Source of the DNA: an uncultured Verrucomicrobiae bacterium
GTDB taxonomy: Bacteria; Verrucomicrobiota; Verrucomicrobiia; Limisphaerales; Palsa-1400
Direction: 5' to 3'
Assembly: GCA_963702845.1 (NCBI GenBank)
Contig: OY969763.1
Coordinates: 2,336,001 to 2,400,000, forward strand
Length of the DNA stretch: 64,000 nucleotides
Shown: positions 1 through 10,774 of the stretch, piece by piece
How the letters are laid out: every line of letters starts with the position of its first letter
Position numbering within the stretch: the first letter of the stretch is position 1
Notes under the pieces: generated by a model
Seen by the model: the letters and a program-made list of their open reading frames with translations, nothing else
Told to the model about the DNA's origin: nothing
The model's database searches: none
Translations under genes and position numbers: made by a program

Positions 1-106
1 CGTGAACGATTCCATAGATCCCAGCGATCAGCGCACCAACGCCGGCGCAAGCGAGCATCTTCGGAAGCAGCGCCAGCGGAAACTTAGGATAAAAAATGTT
101 CTTCAT
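1..106 (-). CDS. Hypothetical membrane protein, 5' part only (runs off the window edge)
   Basis: Manual translation from ATG at 106: MKNIFYPKFPLALLPKMLACAGVGALIAGIYGIVH, hydrophobic and open to position 1; co-directional with the gene at 132-674. Confidence 0.6.
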   Translation of the reverse strand, partial: MKNIFYPKFPLALLPKMLACAGVGALIAGIYGIVH

Positions 107-131
107 CACTTCCCTAGCTCCTAACGTCTCC

Positions 132-674
132 CTATTGTCCAAAAAACGTCTCCTTCAACGTCCCCTTCTCCGTCCGAATCAACGTCCCTTCAGCGATCTG
201 GTGCCGCTTAAACCAACCCTCCTTCATCTCCAACACGTATTGGACGTCCGCAGTTTTTGCGACGATCGCATTCGTATCCTGCGCGTGCATATCGACGATT
301 TCCAAAATCTTTCCATTCGGATCGATATACGCACCCGCCAGTGGTGACGGACAATTCATCATCCAGAATGACGCGCGAAATGGCCCCGGGAAAACAAACA
401 ACATGCCGGAATTCTCCTCGATATTAGTGCGAAACATCATCCCAGTCATCTGCTGTTCTTGCGTCAAAGCCAGCTCCGCCGTGATCTCTTCCGGCCCCAT
501 CCACAACTTAATCGTCTGCAACTTCGGCTGCGCCTGCGTCGGCAACTGCGGTATCTGCGGCGCAGAATTTGTGCTCGTCGTTGCAGACCCCGAATTCTTT
601 CCACAGCCGACGGCAAGAATCGCCGCCAAGATAAACGCAGACCATTTCATTCGCAGACAAGATGCGGACACCAC
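132..674 (-). CDS. DUF192-family protein, probable lipoprotein
   Basis: AELA..GMMFR..GMLFVF..FWMMN..YVLEM pattern typical of DUF192; lipobox-like LAVGC; true start probably MKWSAF. Confidence 0.85.
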   Translation of the reverse strand: MVSASCLRMKWSAFILAAILAVGCGKNSGSATTSTNSAPQIPQLPTQAQPKLQTIKLWMGPEEITAELALTQEQQMTGMMFRTNIEENSGMLFVFPGPFRASFWMMNCPSPLAGAYIDPNGKILEIVDMHAQDTNAIVAKTADVQYVLEMKEGWFKRHQIAEGTLIRTEKGTLKETFFGQ

Positions 675-722
675 GTCCCGAATTCAAGCGCCAGCGAACA
701 GTGCCGAAGTGAAACGGGATTG

Positions 723-2729
723 TTACTTGAGCTTATGGGAGACTTGCATGCCGACGAGGCAGACGTCGTCGGCGAATTGGGAACTGCCGGAAAACTTGCG
801 GATGTCGGCTAAAATTGCGTCAAACAAATCGCCACAGTCCAGGCCGGGATGGGTTTGAACTGCGCTGAAGAGCATTTGTTGGCTGAATTGCTCGCCGTTT
901 TCGGCTTCGACTTCGTAGAGGCCGTCGGTAAAAAGCATGATCGTGTCGCCGGGATGGATCTCGCGCTGCGTCGTCGGATAGGCGGTGTCCCCGAATAAGC
1001 CGAGCGCGGGCCATGATTTGCCATCGGCCGTTTTCAACACTTCAACGGCTTTGTTCGTATGAATGATGAACGGGCGCGGATGTCCGGCGTTGGCAAAGTG
1101 AAGAGTGCGTTTTTCCAAATCGGCCACGAGATAGAAGGCGGTGGTGAACAGCGGTGTTCCGGTTTGTTGCAAAATGGCGCGGAGGTCGTGATTGATGCGC
1201 GTGAGTAATGCGCCGGGGTCGAGGGCGATGTTGCGCAGTTCTTCGACGAGAGCGCGGACCATCGCGGTGACAAGAGCAGAACGGACGCCGTGACCCATGA
1301 CGTCACAGATGAAGAGGCCGGCTTTATTTTCGGCGAGCGGGACGACGTTGAAGAAGTCGCCGCCGACCTGACCGGTGGGATGGTAGCGGTGACAGAATGT
1401 GAGCAGGCTGTCGTCGCGCGATGCGCCGAGCGGGAAAGTCGGATATTGCTGAGGCAACATGGCCTGCTGAATTTCGCGGGCCATCTTGAGATCGTCTTCC
1501 ATGATCTCGTTTTTCTTGCGCAGCTCGGATTGGCTGCGGGCCAACTCGGCCGTGGCTTGACGCTCGCGTTCTTCGGCTTGTTTGCGAATGGTAATATCGC
1601 GGAAGACGCTGAGGACAAGCGAATGGCCTTCGCGCAAATCGATGGTGGAGTTGGAAAGTTCGACGTCGACAGTTTTGCCGGAACGGAAGGTGACGTGCCG
1701 TTCGAGATTGGTTTCGATGCCACGTTCAGCCACACGTTGCTGATATTTTTGCATCATGTCAGGAAGATCTTCTTCTTCGGAGTAGCTGACGGTGAACGGG
1801 CGGCCGAGCAGGTCTTCGGATTTCATGCCGACGATTTGGCAGAAGGACGGGTTGACGGCAAGAATTGTCCCCTTCTCGTCGGTCAAACGCATGCCATCGG
1901 TGGATTTCTCCCAGACAGAGCGGAAACGGGCTTCGGAAAATTTGACGCGTTCTTCGGCGACTTTGCGGGCGGTGATGTCTTCGACCATGCCCTCGAAGTA
2001 GAGGATTTTGCCGTCGCGATCGCGAACGGCACGGGCATTTTCGGAGATCCAGATTATGGAGCCGTCCTTGCGATAGACCTGTGATTCGAAATCCTGGACG
2101 ACGCCGCGTTCGTTCATCAGGTAGACAAACTCGTTGCGGCGATCTGTCTCGACATAGAGCTTGCGGCCAATGTCGGTCATGCCGGAAATAAGGTCGTCGG
2201 TCGAACCGTAACCATAAATGCGGGTCAGAGCTGGGTTGACGCTGAGGTAACGGCCTTCCGGAGTCGTTTGGAAAATGCCGGAAACGGAGTTTTCGAAGAT
2301 GCTACGGAATTTTTCTTCGGCGCGCAGGATCGCTTTGCGCGCTTCGGTGCGTTCGATGGCGTAGATGATCGCGCGCGTGATCAGCTGGCTATCAACGCGG
2401 CCTTTGACGAGATAATCCTCCGCGCCGGCATGAACGGCGTTGACGGCAATGGTTTCATCGTCGAGGCCGCTCAAGACGATGATGGGAATTTCGCGAGCCT
2501 GAGCTTTAACGGCCTTGAAGGTGTCAAGGCCCATACTGTCGGGAAGGGTCAGGTCGAGCAAGACGACGTCGCAAGCGCCCTGCTTGAGGCGGTCGATGCC
2601 GGAGGCGAGATCTTCAACAGGCTCGATATCGAAGCTGGTGCCATCGGCCTTGTGCAAGACCATTCGGAGAAAGAACACATCGTCCGGATTGTCCTCGATC
2701 AACAGAATTTTGATGTTCTTTTGGTCCAT
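723..2729 (-). CDS. Response regulator-PAS-PAS-SpoIIE/PP2C phosphatase (RsbU-like)
   Basis: N-terminal receiver (LLIEDNPDD, LLDLTLPD), two PAS-like domains, PP2C motifs GGDFF, DVMGHG, NAGHP, FTDGL, DDVC. Confidence 0.92.
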   Translation of the reverse strand: MDQKNIKILLIEDNPDDVFFLRMVLHKADGTSFDIEPVEDLASGIDRLKQGACDVVLLDLTLPDSMGLDTFKAVKAQAREIPIIVLSGLDDETIAVNAVHAGAEDYLVKGRVDSQLITRAIIYAIERTEARKAILRAEEKFRSIFENSVSGIFQTTPEGRYLSVNPALTRIYGYGSTDDLISGMTDIGRKLYVETDRRNEFVYLMNERGVVQDFESQVYRKDGSIIWISENARAVRDRDGKILYFEGMVEDITARKVAEERVKFSEARFRSVWEKSTDGMRLTDEKGTILAVNPSFCQIVGMKSEDLLGRPFTVSYSEEEDLPDMMQKYQQRVAERGIETNLERHVTFRSGKTVDVELSNSTIDLREGHSLVLSVFRDITIRKQAEERERQATAELARSQSELRKKNEIMEDDLKMAREIQQAMLPQQYPTFPLGASRDDSLLTFCHRYHPTGQVGGDFFNVVPLAENKAGLFICDVMGHGVRSALVTAMVRALVEELRNIALDPGALLTRINHDLRAILQQTGTPLFTTAFYLVADLEKRTLHFANAGHPRPFIIHTNKAVEVLKTADGKSWPALGLFGDTAYPTTQREIHPGDTIMLFTDGLYEVEAENGEQFSQQMLFSAVQTHPGLDCGDLFDAILADIRKFSGSSQFADDVCLVGMQVSHKLK

Positions 2730-2902
2730 TTAGCCAGCAACTAACCTCTACCACCGGTTGTGTGCGGTGAAAAGAACAAGTTGTTGAGCGACAATGTGCC
2801 AAAAATGGCACTTGCCGTATTGCGATGCGACTTACCCCGCATTCGCGCCAAACCCGCCTGCGAATTTAGAAACCTGCGATAAGATGAACGCTTGCGATAC
2901 GT

Positions 2903-4195
2903 TTACTTGCCGCCAGCTTGGATTTGTTTGATGCGATCCTGAATAGCAGTGCGGATGTTCGGATCGGTGGTGACGCCCAACAACTGATTCATTGCAGTCA
3001 CGCTTTTGTCGGCCTGGAAAGTCGGATTCCGGCATTTGGAAAAGTTTTGGTTGTTCCACTCGATATGGAAAAATTGGCAATCGTTGGAACCTGGGTTTGC
3101 CGCGTTGGCTTTGGCGGCATCGCCAAACAAGTATTGATCGCCGCTGACCAATGAGATGACTTGTTGCCAGACTGCCGGAGTCAGGCGGTTGTTGCGTGCG
3201 AGGTCAAGTAGTTCATCCAAAGCTTTCTGGCTGGTGGGAGCGAGTTGGCCAAGCATTTCAGGAACGGTGCTGGGTGCGTTGGGATCCTTGGCCATGTTGA
3301 CGAGGGTGTCGACACCAGCGCCATCGGGCAGGTTGGCCAGTGCAATGACCGGATAATATTTGTAAGCGGAAGCGGCTTTCTGCAAATCAGTGGTGACACT
3401 CGGATCTCCCCACTTTTCCAAAATAGAAAAGAGCGGAGCGGCATCTTCTTTACCCAATCCGCCGCCGGTGGCGAGGTCGAGGGTCTGGCGAGCGGCATTA
3501 AGAATATCGGTGCGATATTGGCCCGGGGCACTTTGGTCGAGCGCTTTGGAAATCTGCTCCAACTCGGATGGCAAAGCGGTTGTTTGTAGGGTGCTAAGCA
3601 GGGCGGACACGGATTCTGGGCCGCCGATTTGCTGAAGCGCATCAATCATGCTGGAACGAATTGACGAATAGCCAAGCGATTCGCCGCCTGCATTAGCGTA
3701 GGAAAGTTCGACGTTGCGCTCGAGGAATTCGCGAATCGCGGGAACGGCGGTGGCTCCTTGCGCGATCAATGATTTCAAATCCTGTTTCCATTTCTCGGCC
3801 TGTTCTTTGGTGATGGGACCTTTTTTGGGATCCAATGCAGCCAGACTCGTTACGATATCTTTGGCGGGTCCGGTGACAACCGGTTTGGCGGTGGCAGCAG
3901 CGGTTGCCGGCGCAGAAGAAGTCGGGGACGACGGAGCAGGCGCCGCGATCGATGTCGTCGGATCTTTCGGTTCAACGACTTTCGATTTTGTGGATTGAGC
4001 AGGATCGGTTTGCGCAGCAGATGCGTTGACCGTGTCTGGCTGCGGCGCATCTTTGTGCATCGATTTGTAAGCAACGGCACCAACGACAATGACGCCGACA
4101 ATGATGGCGATCAGTGTTATCGGACTATTGCCGCCTGGTTCAGGACGATTATTTCCCTGTTTGGTCGAACCGGGTGAAGTCGAATTTTGAGTCAT
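2903..4195 (-). CDS. Membrane-anchored hypothetical protein with Ala/Pro/Thr linker and helical (HEAT-like) repeats
   Basis: Single N-terminal TM segment, low-complexity linker, helical AVPAIREFL/ALQQIGG segments. Confidence 0.7.
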   Translation of the reverse strand: MTQNSTSPGSTKQGNNRPEPGGNSPITLIAIIVGVIVVGAVAYKSMHKDAPQPDTVNASAAQTDPAQSTKSKVVEPKDPTTSIAAPAPSSPTSSAPATAAATAKPVVTGPAKDIVTSLAALDPKKGPITKEQAEKWKQDLKSLIAQGATAVPAIREFLERNVELSYANAGGESLGYSSIRSSMIDALQQIGGPESVSALLSTLQTTALPSELEQISKALDQSAPGQYRTDILNAARQTLDLATGGGLGKEDAAPLFSILEKWGDPSVTTDLQKAASAYKYYPVIALANLPDGAGVDTLVNMAKDPNAPSTVPEMLGQLAPTSQKALDELLDLARNNRLTPAVWQQVISLVSGDQYLFGDAAKANAANPGSNDCQFFHIEWNNQNFSKCRNPTFQADKSVTAMNQLLGVTTDPNIRTAIQDRIKQIQAGGK

Positions 4196-4316
4196 ATCCG
4201 GGGGACAAAGTAGTTACAAAGCCCACGATGGGCAAGAATTGTCAGTCTCACCGCAATTGAACACCACAGATCAACTGAAGTTCCTTGTAAACTCTTATCG
4301 CCCCACGGATGGCGAC

Positions 4317-4772
4317 TCAAGCGTGGGCCAATTCTTCAGCGGCAAAGCGGCCCATCGTATGCGCTTCGTCGAGAACGTGGCCCTGCATCGCTGAATCGAG
4401 TTCGTTGCGTTTGGCGCCGCGAGCCAGAGATAACACAGAGTCGAGCGCATACAATTTGAAGAAGTAACGGTGTTCGCCGGAAGGCGGCTTTGGTCCACCG
4501 TAACCTACGTCGCCGTAGTCGTTGCGGCCCTGAGTCGCCATCACCGGCGGCGCGTCTTCATGAATTTCTTTCGTGCGAGGCGAAATGTTGAACAGAATCC
4601 AGTGCGTGAAGGTTCCGCTCGAAGCATCAGGATCGTCCATGATTAAGACGAGGCTCTTGGCTTGTTCGGGCACGTCTTCGATCTGCAGCGGTGGGCTTTT
4701 GTCGAGACCTTGTCGGGCGAATTGGGTTGGAATGCTACCGCCTTCTTCGAATGCTGGGCTGGAAATATTCAT
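4317..4772 (-). CDS. YbhB/YbcL family (PEBP, Raf kinase inhibitor-like) protein
   Basis: DDPDA, FTHW, YGGPKPPSGEHRYFFKLYALD; start placed at MNISSPAF after an AAGGAG RBS. Confidence 0.92.
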   Translation of the reverse strand: MNISSPAFEEGGSIPTQFARQGLDKSPPLQIEDVPEQAKSLVLIMDDPDASSGTFTHWILFNISPRTKEIHEDAPPVMATQGRNDYGDVGYGGPKPPSGEHRYFFKLYALDSVLSLARGAKRNELDSAMQGHVLDEAHTMGRFAAEELAHA

Positions 4773-4867
4773 ATTTGTCTCCTTATTGTTAAACGACAAC
4801 TTTCCTGTGGCTTCTAATGATACAAGACCCGCAAACAGAGTACTCTCAGGTGAGAATTGACCTGACG

Positions 4868-7675
4868 TCATTGCTGCATGTGCAAACGATAAAAGGCGGA
4901 TTGAGCGGACAAGGGCAGGAAGATGTAAGCGGTGCCTCCGCTGTTGAGGACGCCGCCGACGGGCTGCCAGTTTGCGTCGACAGCAGATGTCGATTCGAGG
5001 TTGAAGGGCCCAATGTTTATGGGCCATTCCATGAGAAGATTGGTGCTGCTGGTGTCGGCGTATATCTCCGACCAAAGCGTCGGCGACTGGATCGGAACGG
5101 GAGCTGCGGGCGGTGTGACCGATGCCCAGGTTCGACCAAAGCGCAGTTCGTCCCATTGCATGTTGACGGGGACTGAGCTTGCGGTGTTTTGACGCATGTT
5201 GAAACGGTCGATTGCCTGCACTGTGTCTGACCCGCCGGTATTGACACTGTTTGACGGAGGTTCAATGTCGCGGCCGAAATACCATGGGTTGGGATTGATC
5301 CAGAGGGTGACTTGATTCGGTTTAATCGTGAAATCGTATTTACCGACGAGGAAGAGGGTTTGGCCCTCATAGGCGTAACCAGCGTACGTTATATACGAGC
5401 CGGTGCCGCCCTTTTGGAAATCGATTTCATAGCTGCCGTCGGGTGCCCACGCATAGGCAAGAATCTGTAGCCGGAACGAGACGTTATCGGGCCCGGTCAA
5501 TGCACCGACTTGACTGTCATTTCCGTTCCAAATGCCGTAGCCAACTTTATTAATCCGAAACAGCGCCGAAAAATAGAGCAGACCGTTGGTTACAGTGGTG
5601 CCCAATAATCGGCGGACGCCGAGGCCAGAGCCGCCGTTGGTGACACTGTTACCGATGGGATCGGCCAGCCCCGGATAGGAGAGGCTGCCGGATGTTACGT
5701 TGAGATCGTTCGCACCCGAACCGTTGACCGTCCAATTGGCGGGCGTGTTGCTGCTTACGGACTGCCCGATGTTGCTGTAAGAAAACGGCTCATAGAGAAT
5801 CAAATTATTACTGTAAGTCAGGAGGGTTAAGGTCGCCGGGGAACTGGTAACCGTACTAACGCCGCTGATAACCACGTCGTAAGTGCCAACATCATTGGTC
5901 GACGTATTTGCAACAAAGAGCGTGCCCGTGCCCGTGCCAGAGACGTTGTTCGTATCGGTCAGGATCACGCCGTTCTTGCGCCACTGATAAGAAAACGGCG
6001 GCGTGCCTGAGACACTGACGCTGAATCCCGCCGTGGTGCCTGCAAGGTTGGTTTGACTGTGCGGCTGCGATGTGATCGTGGGAGGTAGATTCGTTACAAC
6101 CTGCAAGAATGCCGGCGGTGAACTGGTAATGCTGCCCCCTGCGCTCGTGGCTATGATATCGTAACTACCAATGTCAGAACCGGTCAGATTCGATACGGTC
6201 AGTTTCGGAGTGAGCGCGCCGGATATATTTCCGCCATCGACGAGATTCGTACCATTCTTGCGCCACTGCCACGAGATCGGATCGGGCGCAATTGCACCGG
6301 TAACGAACGTCGCGGTTGTGGTCGGCAGGTTGGTAACACTTGCAGGCAAATACGTAAACGACGGAGACCCGCCGGGATAATCAAACCTATATATATGGAC
6401 GTCCCATTGCGCGAAGGAATCGCTCAGCGCATTGTTCGAAGTTGTGATCGTGCGGTTTTCGAAAAGGACAGTGGCGTTGGTCGCCCAGTCGGGCAACCCG
6501 TTGAACATTGCATTGACTGTTGCGCCTTCGCGTTTCGTCGCAAGCAAATAGAGATTCGTGCCCGATTCACGCACGAGGAATTCGACGTCGGGATAGGTCG
6601 CGCCACTCAGGACCAAGGGCAGCAGCGAATCGTGGCCGACGACTGCATCGAACGCCGGGCTTCCTGGTGAAAGTTGCAACGTGAGCGGTTTCAGAACATT
6701 GGTCCAGAAAGTCCAATTCCATCCGAGAGCAAAGTCGTTGGTGTCGGTGAGGGTTGCGGCGACGTTGCCGCCAAAGAACATCAGTCCACGAGCGCCATTG
6801 ACGATTGCTTGAAAGGCCATGTAGCGCTCCTGTTGAAACGTCGGGAAAATGAGTCCGTGACTTGGCGGTGTCGTGCCGCTGAACGCGATTTGTTCAACCA
6901 TCCAAAAAGTGCGCTGGCGATTCGCGACCTGCGATAGCTCGTGTGCCCAATCACCGAACTGGCTCACGTTGGTGTTCGTAATCGGTGGGTTATTCGCGAC
7001 CGTGCCGTTTGTCACGACGGGATAATCGTCCACCATCAAAATGTCTGCGGCGGAATTGTAGGGTTGGAGATCGGTAACAGTTCCGCGAGGCGCGTGCGTT
7101 TGCTCGACCGGATGCAACGGGTCAAGCTGGTGGATCAAATTGTATCCACGCGTCATGTTGGCGACTGTCCCCTGCCCGCCGCTCTGCGTTCCCCACCACG
7201 CTTCATCGAGATTTTTATACATACCCATGCCGGGATGAGCGCTGAACAAGCCCAGCAAATTTGTGAGCAACGTTGGGGTGTTCGTGTCGCTCGCGGAGAA
7301 ATAGGAAAGATCGTTGAGATTGAATAGCATCAACATTCCATGTTGAGCGCACCAATCCAACGCCGCCTGATTGGTGGCAACAGTTGTCAGGTTGAGCGCG
7401 TTTGAACTTTTCCATGTCGGCACCACGGGCATGCGATAGAATTGGATTCCGCCACTGCGCAATTCGTCGAGCGCATCACTACCGTTGTAAGCCAACGCGC
7501 CGACCGCCGGCCCCGGGGATACGGCCATTCCAAAATAATTCGTTCCATTGATCGTAAGCGCGAGGTCTGAGTTCGTGCCGACGATGTTGACTTGTGCAAT
7601 TGCGATTCCGGTAAGCGCAAAACCCAAGAGAGAAATAATTAAGCACGCGTATTGGCGCGAACGAACCTTGCACAT
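4868..7675 (-). CDS. Secreted glycoside-hydrolase-like TIM-barrel protein with two Ig-like domains and a C-terminal FYRL-type domain
   Basis: Signal peptide; GARGLMFF region; two repeats of SxQWRKNG..D.G.YD; ends SAFYRLHMQQ. Confidence 0.75.
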   Translation of the reverse strand: MCKVRSRQYACLIISLLGFALTGIAIAQVNIVGTNSDLALTINGTNYFGMAVSPGPAVGALAYNGSDALDELRSGGIQFYRMPVVPTWKSSNALNLTTVATNQAALDWCAQHGMLMLFNLNDLSYFSASDTNTPTLLTNLLGLFSAHPGMGMYKNLDEAWWGTQSGGQGTVANMTRGYNLIHQLDPLHPVEQTHAPRGTVTDLQPYNSAADILMVDDYPVVTNGTVANNPPITNTNVSQFGDWAHELSQVANRQRTFWMVEQIAFSGTTPPSHGLIFPTFQQERYMAFQAIVNGARGLMFFGGNVAATLTDTNDFALGWNWTFWTNVLKPLTLQLSPGSPAFDAVVGHDSLLPLVLSGATYPDVEFLVRESGTNLYLLATKREGATVNAMFNGLPDWATNATVLFENRTITTSNNALSDSFAQWDVHIYRFDYPGGSPSFTYLPASVTNLPTTTATFVTGAIAPDPISWQWRKNGTNLVDGGNISGALTPKLTVSNLTGSDIGSYDIIATSAGGSITSSPPAFLQVVTNLPPTITSQPHSQTNLAGTTAGFSVSVSGTPPFSYQWRKNGVILTDTNNVSGTGTGTLFVANTSTNDVGTYDVVISGVSTVTSSPATLTLLTYSNNLILYEPFSYSNIGQSVSSNTPANWTVNGSGANDLNVTSGSLSYPGLADPIGNSVTNGGSGLGVRRLLGTTVTNGLLYFSALFRINKVGYGIWNGNDSQVGALTGPDNVSFRLQILAYAWAPDGSYEIDFQKGGTGSYITYAGYAYEGQTLFLVGKYDFTIKPNQVTLWINPNPWYFGRDIEPPSNSVNTGGSDTVQAIDRFNMRQNTASSVPVNMQWDELRFGRTWASVTPPAAPVPIQSPTLWSEIYADTSSTNLLMEWPINIGPFNLESTSAVDANWQPVGGVLNSGGTAYIFLPLSAQSAFYRLHMQQ

Positions 7676-7932
7676 ATTCTTCGAACTCTCTGGGCGATTG
7701 GAGACGTTGGATTGCTACGACGTCTACTTTGCTACCACGTCTCGGAACGCACAGCAAGAGCCGTCGGAACGCGGCGATGCTTTTTAATTGGATTTGATTT
7801 AGTCGCCGCGAACAATTCCACGTGCATAAAAAGTAATTCTCTATCGCTTTCCCTGAAGACGATTGCAAGGAAATGGAGCGGTTGCTGAGTTCGCACCGCG
7901 GCATTTAATGTGACCGCGGGATTTACAACAAC

Positions 7933-10104
7933 ATGTCGCAATCGGGAATCACTCGCTCCAAATCTGTTAACCTCAGCAGCGTGCTTTCGCGCACGCAGGG
8001 AATCCTGCGACGTCATGTGTGGCTATGGCCGTTGATGGCGGCGTTGATTCTGATGTTTGTCGGCATATGGGTGCGCGGGCGAATGGAGGGGGCGATGAAA
8101 GCGCAGCTCGCCGGGACGCTCCAGACGATCCTGGCGGCCAATGCGGAGGCGTTGCGTTCGTGGCAAGAGACGGTGAAGTCGCAGACGGAAATAGCGGCGG
8201 AAGATGAACATCTGCACGAACTGGTCGGCCATCTGATGCAGCGCGCGGCGAAGGAAGGCGCGACGCCTGCGGTGTTGTTGGGTGCGCCGGAGTTGGCGGC
8301 GATTCGGACGCATCTGAAGCCGACGATGGAGCGCTACGGGTTCTCGGCTTTTGTCGTGCTCGACACCAACGTCACTATCCTCGCCGCGGTGCGCGATCAA
8401 TTGGTGGGCCTGCATTCACCGCCAGGATATGCGGAGAATTTTCGTACCAGTCTTGAGGGAGCCGCCGCGGTCACTCACCCGTTTCCCAGCGTCGCTATCC
8501 TGACGAATGACCTCGGCCAGTTGAAGTCGGGCGTGCCGACGATGTTCGCCGCGGCACCCATTCGCGCGCCGGACGGAAAAGTGTTGGCCGTGCTCGGTTT
8601 CCGGATGGAGCCGCGCGAGAACTTCACGCGCATCCTGGCTACGGCGCGGATCGGTAACACCGGCGAGACCTACGCTTTTGATCGCAAGGGGCTCGTGCTG
8701 TCCGACAGCCGGTTTGATGAGCAGTTGAAACATCTCTCGCTCATACCCGACTCGCCCGATGCGCAATCTATCCTGACACTGGACTTGCGCGATCCGCTGG
8801 TCGATTTGAGCAAGGGCAAAGCATCTCCCAAGCGCCGCACTGAATTGCCTTTGACGCGTGCGGCCGCCGAGGCCACTGCCGGGCGGGACGGTGTGGATGT
8901 GCATGGCTACCGCGATTACCGCGGTGTGCCGGTCGTTGGTGCGTGGACGTGGCTGCCGAAAAGCGACATTGGCTTGATCACGGAAGTGGACGTGGCGGAG
9001 GCCTTCGGTCCGCTGCACGCTTTGCGGCTGGGTTTCCTCTTCATTTTCGGGCTGCTCGTGTTGGGTGCCGGTGCGATCTTCGTGCTGATGCGCATGGCCA
9101 ATCGTTTCCAGAAATCGGCGCAAAAGGCGGCGATGCAGGCGAAGCAACTCGGCCAATACGCGCTCGATGACAAAATCGGCGCGGGCGCATTCGGGACCGT
9201 CTATCGCGGGCACCACGCGTTGATGCGTCGGCCGGTTGCGGTGAAATTGCTCGATCCGGCGCTGGCGAACGAAAGCATCATCGCCCGGTTCGAGCGCGAG
9301 GTGCAGGCGACCTGCCAACTCACGCATCCGAACACGATCGCCCTCTACGACTACGGCCGCACGCCGGAAGGCTTGTTCTACTACGCGATGGAATATCTCG
9401 ACGGCCTGAGCCTCGATCAATTGGTCAAGCGCCATGGCCGGCTGCCCGAGGAAAGAGTCATTCACCTGCTCCTGCAAATCTCCGCGTCGCTGGCCGAGGC
9501 GCATGGGCAAGGGCTCATTCACCGCGACATCAAGCCGCACAACATCTTCGTCACACGCCGTGGCGACATCGCCGATTTCGTCAAAGTCCTCGACTTCGGT
9601 TTGGTCAAAGCGACCAGTCAGGAAGGCCAGGCCGAGCTGACCACCGACCATGCCATCTTGGGCACGCCGCTCTACATGTCGCCCGAAACCATCGAACGCC
9701 CGCACAGCGTCGATGCCCGCAGCGACCTCTATTCGCTGGGGGCGGTGGGCTATTACCTGTTGACGGCCCAGCCCCTCTTTACCGGCTTATCCATTGGGGA
9801 AATCATGACCCAACAGCTCAAAACCGAACCGCCGAAACCATCGACCTGCCTGCCCAAGCCGTTGACGCCCGATTTCGAGGCGCTGTTGTTGCGCTGCCTG
9901 GCCAAGAACCCGGCCGAACGCCCGCAAAGCGCGCGCGCGTTGGAGTTGGCGCTGAGACGCTGCGCTGCCGCCAACCAGTGGGGCTCCGAGCAGGCCGAAG
10001 AATGGTGGGGCAAACTCGCCGCGATGGAGGTGATGAAGACGGTGGTGGTGCCGAAACCCGCATCCACCGAGAACGCCTTCGTTGCCGCCGCAGTCCCCGC
10101 GTGA
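7933..10104 (+). CDS. Transmembrane Hanks-type Ser/Thr protein kinase with extracytoplasmic Cache-like sensor domain
   Basis: IGAGAFGTVY, VAVK, HRDIKPHN, DFG, GTPLYMSPE; two TM segments flanking a YRDYRGVPVVGAW region. Confidence 0.93.
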   Translation: MSQSGITRSKSVNLSSVLSRTQGILRRHVWLWPLMAALILMFVGIWVRGRMEGAMKAQLAGTLQTILAANAEALRSWQETVKSQTEIAAEDEHLHELVGHLMQRAAKEGATPAVLLGAPELAAIRTHLKPTMERYGFSAFVVLDTNVTILAAVRDQLVGLHSPPGYAENFRTSLEGAAAVTHPFPSVAILTNDLGQLKSGVPTMFAAAPIRAPDGKVLAVLGFRMEPRENFTRILATARIGNTGETYAFDRKGLVLSDSRFDEQLKHLSLIPDSPDAQSILTLDLRDPLVDLSKGKASPKRRTELPLTRAAAEATAGRDGVDVHGYRDYRGVPVVGAWTWLPKSDIGLITEVDVAEAFGPLHALRLGFLFIFGLLVLGAGAIFVLMRMANRFQKSAQKAAMQAKQLGQYALDDKIGAGAFGTVYRGHHALMRRPVAVKLLDPALANESIIARFEREVQATCQLTHPNTIALYDYGRTPEGLFYYAMEYLDGLSLDQLVKRHGRLPEERVIHLLLQISASLAEAHGQGLIHRDIKPHNIFVTRRGDIADFVKVLDFGLVKATSQEGQAELTTDHAILGTPLYMSPETIERPHSVDARSDLYSLGAVGYYLLTAQPLFTGLSIGEIMTQQLKTEPPKPSTCLPKPLTPDFEALLLRCLAKNPAERPQSARALELALRRCAAANQWGSEQAEEWWGKLAAMEVMKTVVVPKPASTENAFVAAAVPA

Positions 10105-10125
10105 CTCCGGCATATGCTTACGACC

Positions 10126-10440
10126 TTAACATCGGAACAAAATCACCAGATTGGCCAGTGCGCACAAAATTAAAATGATAAGCTCCACTCTGCTCGCTCT
10201 CGAAAAGCCATTACCAACGGTCTTCCTCTGCCTGCCAGCGAACCACAGCCCGACAGAGCCGACTAACGCTGGTGGAGCAAAGAATATCGCTCCGCCCTGC
10301 AACGCCCAAACTTGAGCCGTCCCGCAAAACCGGGCGCTCGGCCCATAAATCTCGTAGTACACCGAGCCAAGAAAATAAGCGTAACACGCTGCGAATACAC
10401 CAAAGAGGCCGACAAATGTTTTGAGTGCTATCGCCTTCAT
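10126..10440 (-). CDS. Small hypothetical membrane protein (possible gene cassette)
   Basis: Three hydrophobic segments; ATG at 10440 lies a few nt after the GTT that ends the repeated element at 10447-10507. Confidence 0.6.
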   Translation of the reverse strand: MKAIALKTFVGLFGVFAACYAYFLGSVYYEIYGPSARFCGTAQVWALQGGAIFFAPPALVGSVGLWFAGRQRKTVGNGFSRASRVELIILILCALANLVILFRC

Positions 10441-10446
10441 GATGGT

Positions 10447-10507
10447 AACAATTAAATCTGCGCCAACTGTTCGCATAGTTTTAATCCGCGAACAAGGGTT
10501 TTAAAGG
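10447..10507 (-). repeat. Dispersed AT-rich repeat, attI-like element, copy 1
   Basis: Minus strand CCTTTAAAACCCTTGTTCGCGGATTAAAACTATGCGAACAGTTGGCGCAGATTTAATTGTT closely matches 25538-25596. Confidence 0.8.
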
Positions 10508-10774
10508 TGGCGCGCAGGTTTGGCGCTGCTTGTAAACTAAATGGCGCTTGACCTCGCCTTGGGCCTTTGGCACAAACGCGGCGTTCCCATGACGCTGTTT
10601 GAGTCCCAGTGTTATCATGGGCCGGGAATCGGTATCCATGGCCTGGTTTTTGGCAAGGCGATCGCGCCGGTCGGGTTTTGCGCGCGTGTCGTTCCTTCCA
10701 CTGCTTTCTCCGTTGACGTCAGTCCGACAACTGCACATCAACGGAGAAACCGCGCGAGTGCGCGGAAATCCCAT

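Noticed and set aside
4773..5156. N-terminal extension of the YbhB-family ORF shown in the ORF track
   Set aside because: It overlaps the end of the upstream gene; a good RBS and the family start lie at 4772
10568..10582. Sigma-54 promoter TGGCAC-N-GC
   Set aside because: GG-N10-GC spacing is present but the TT before GC is missing and the next gene on that strand is about 580 bp away
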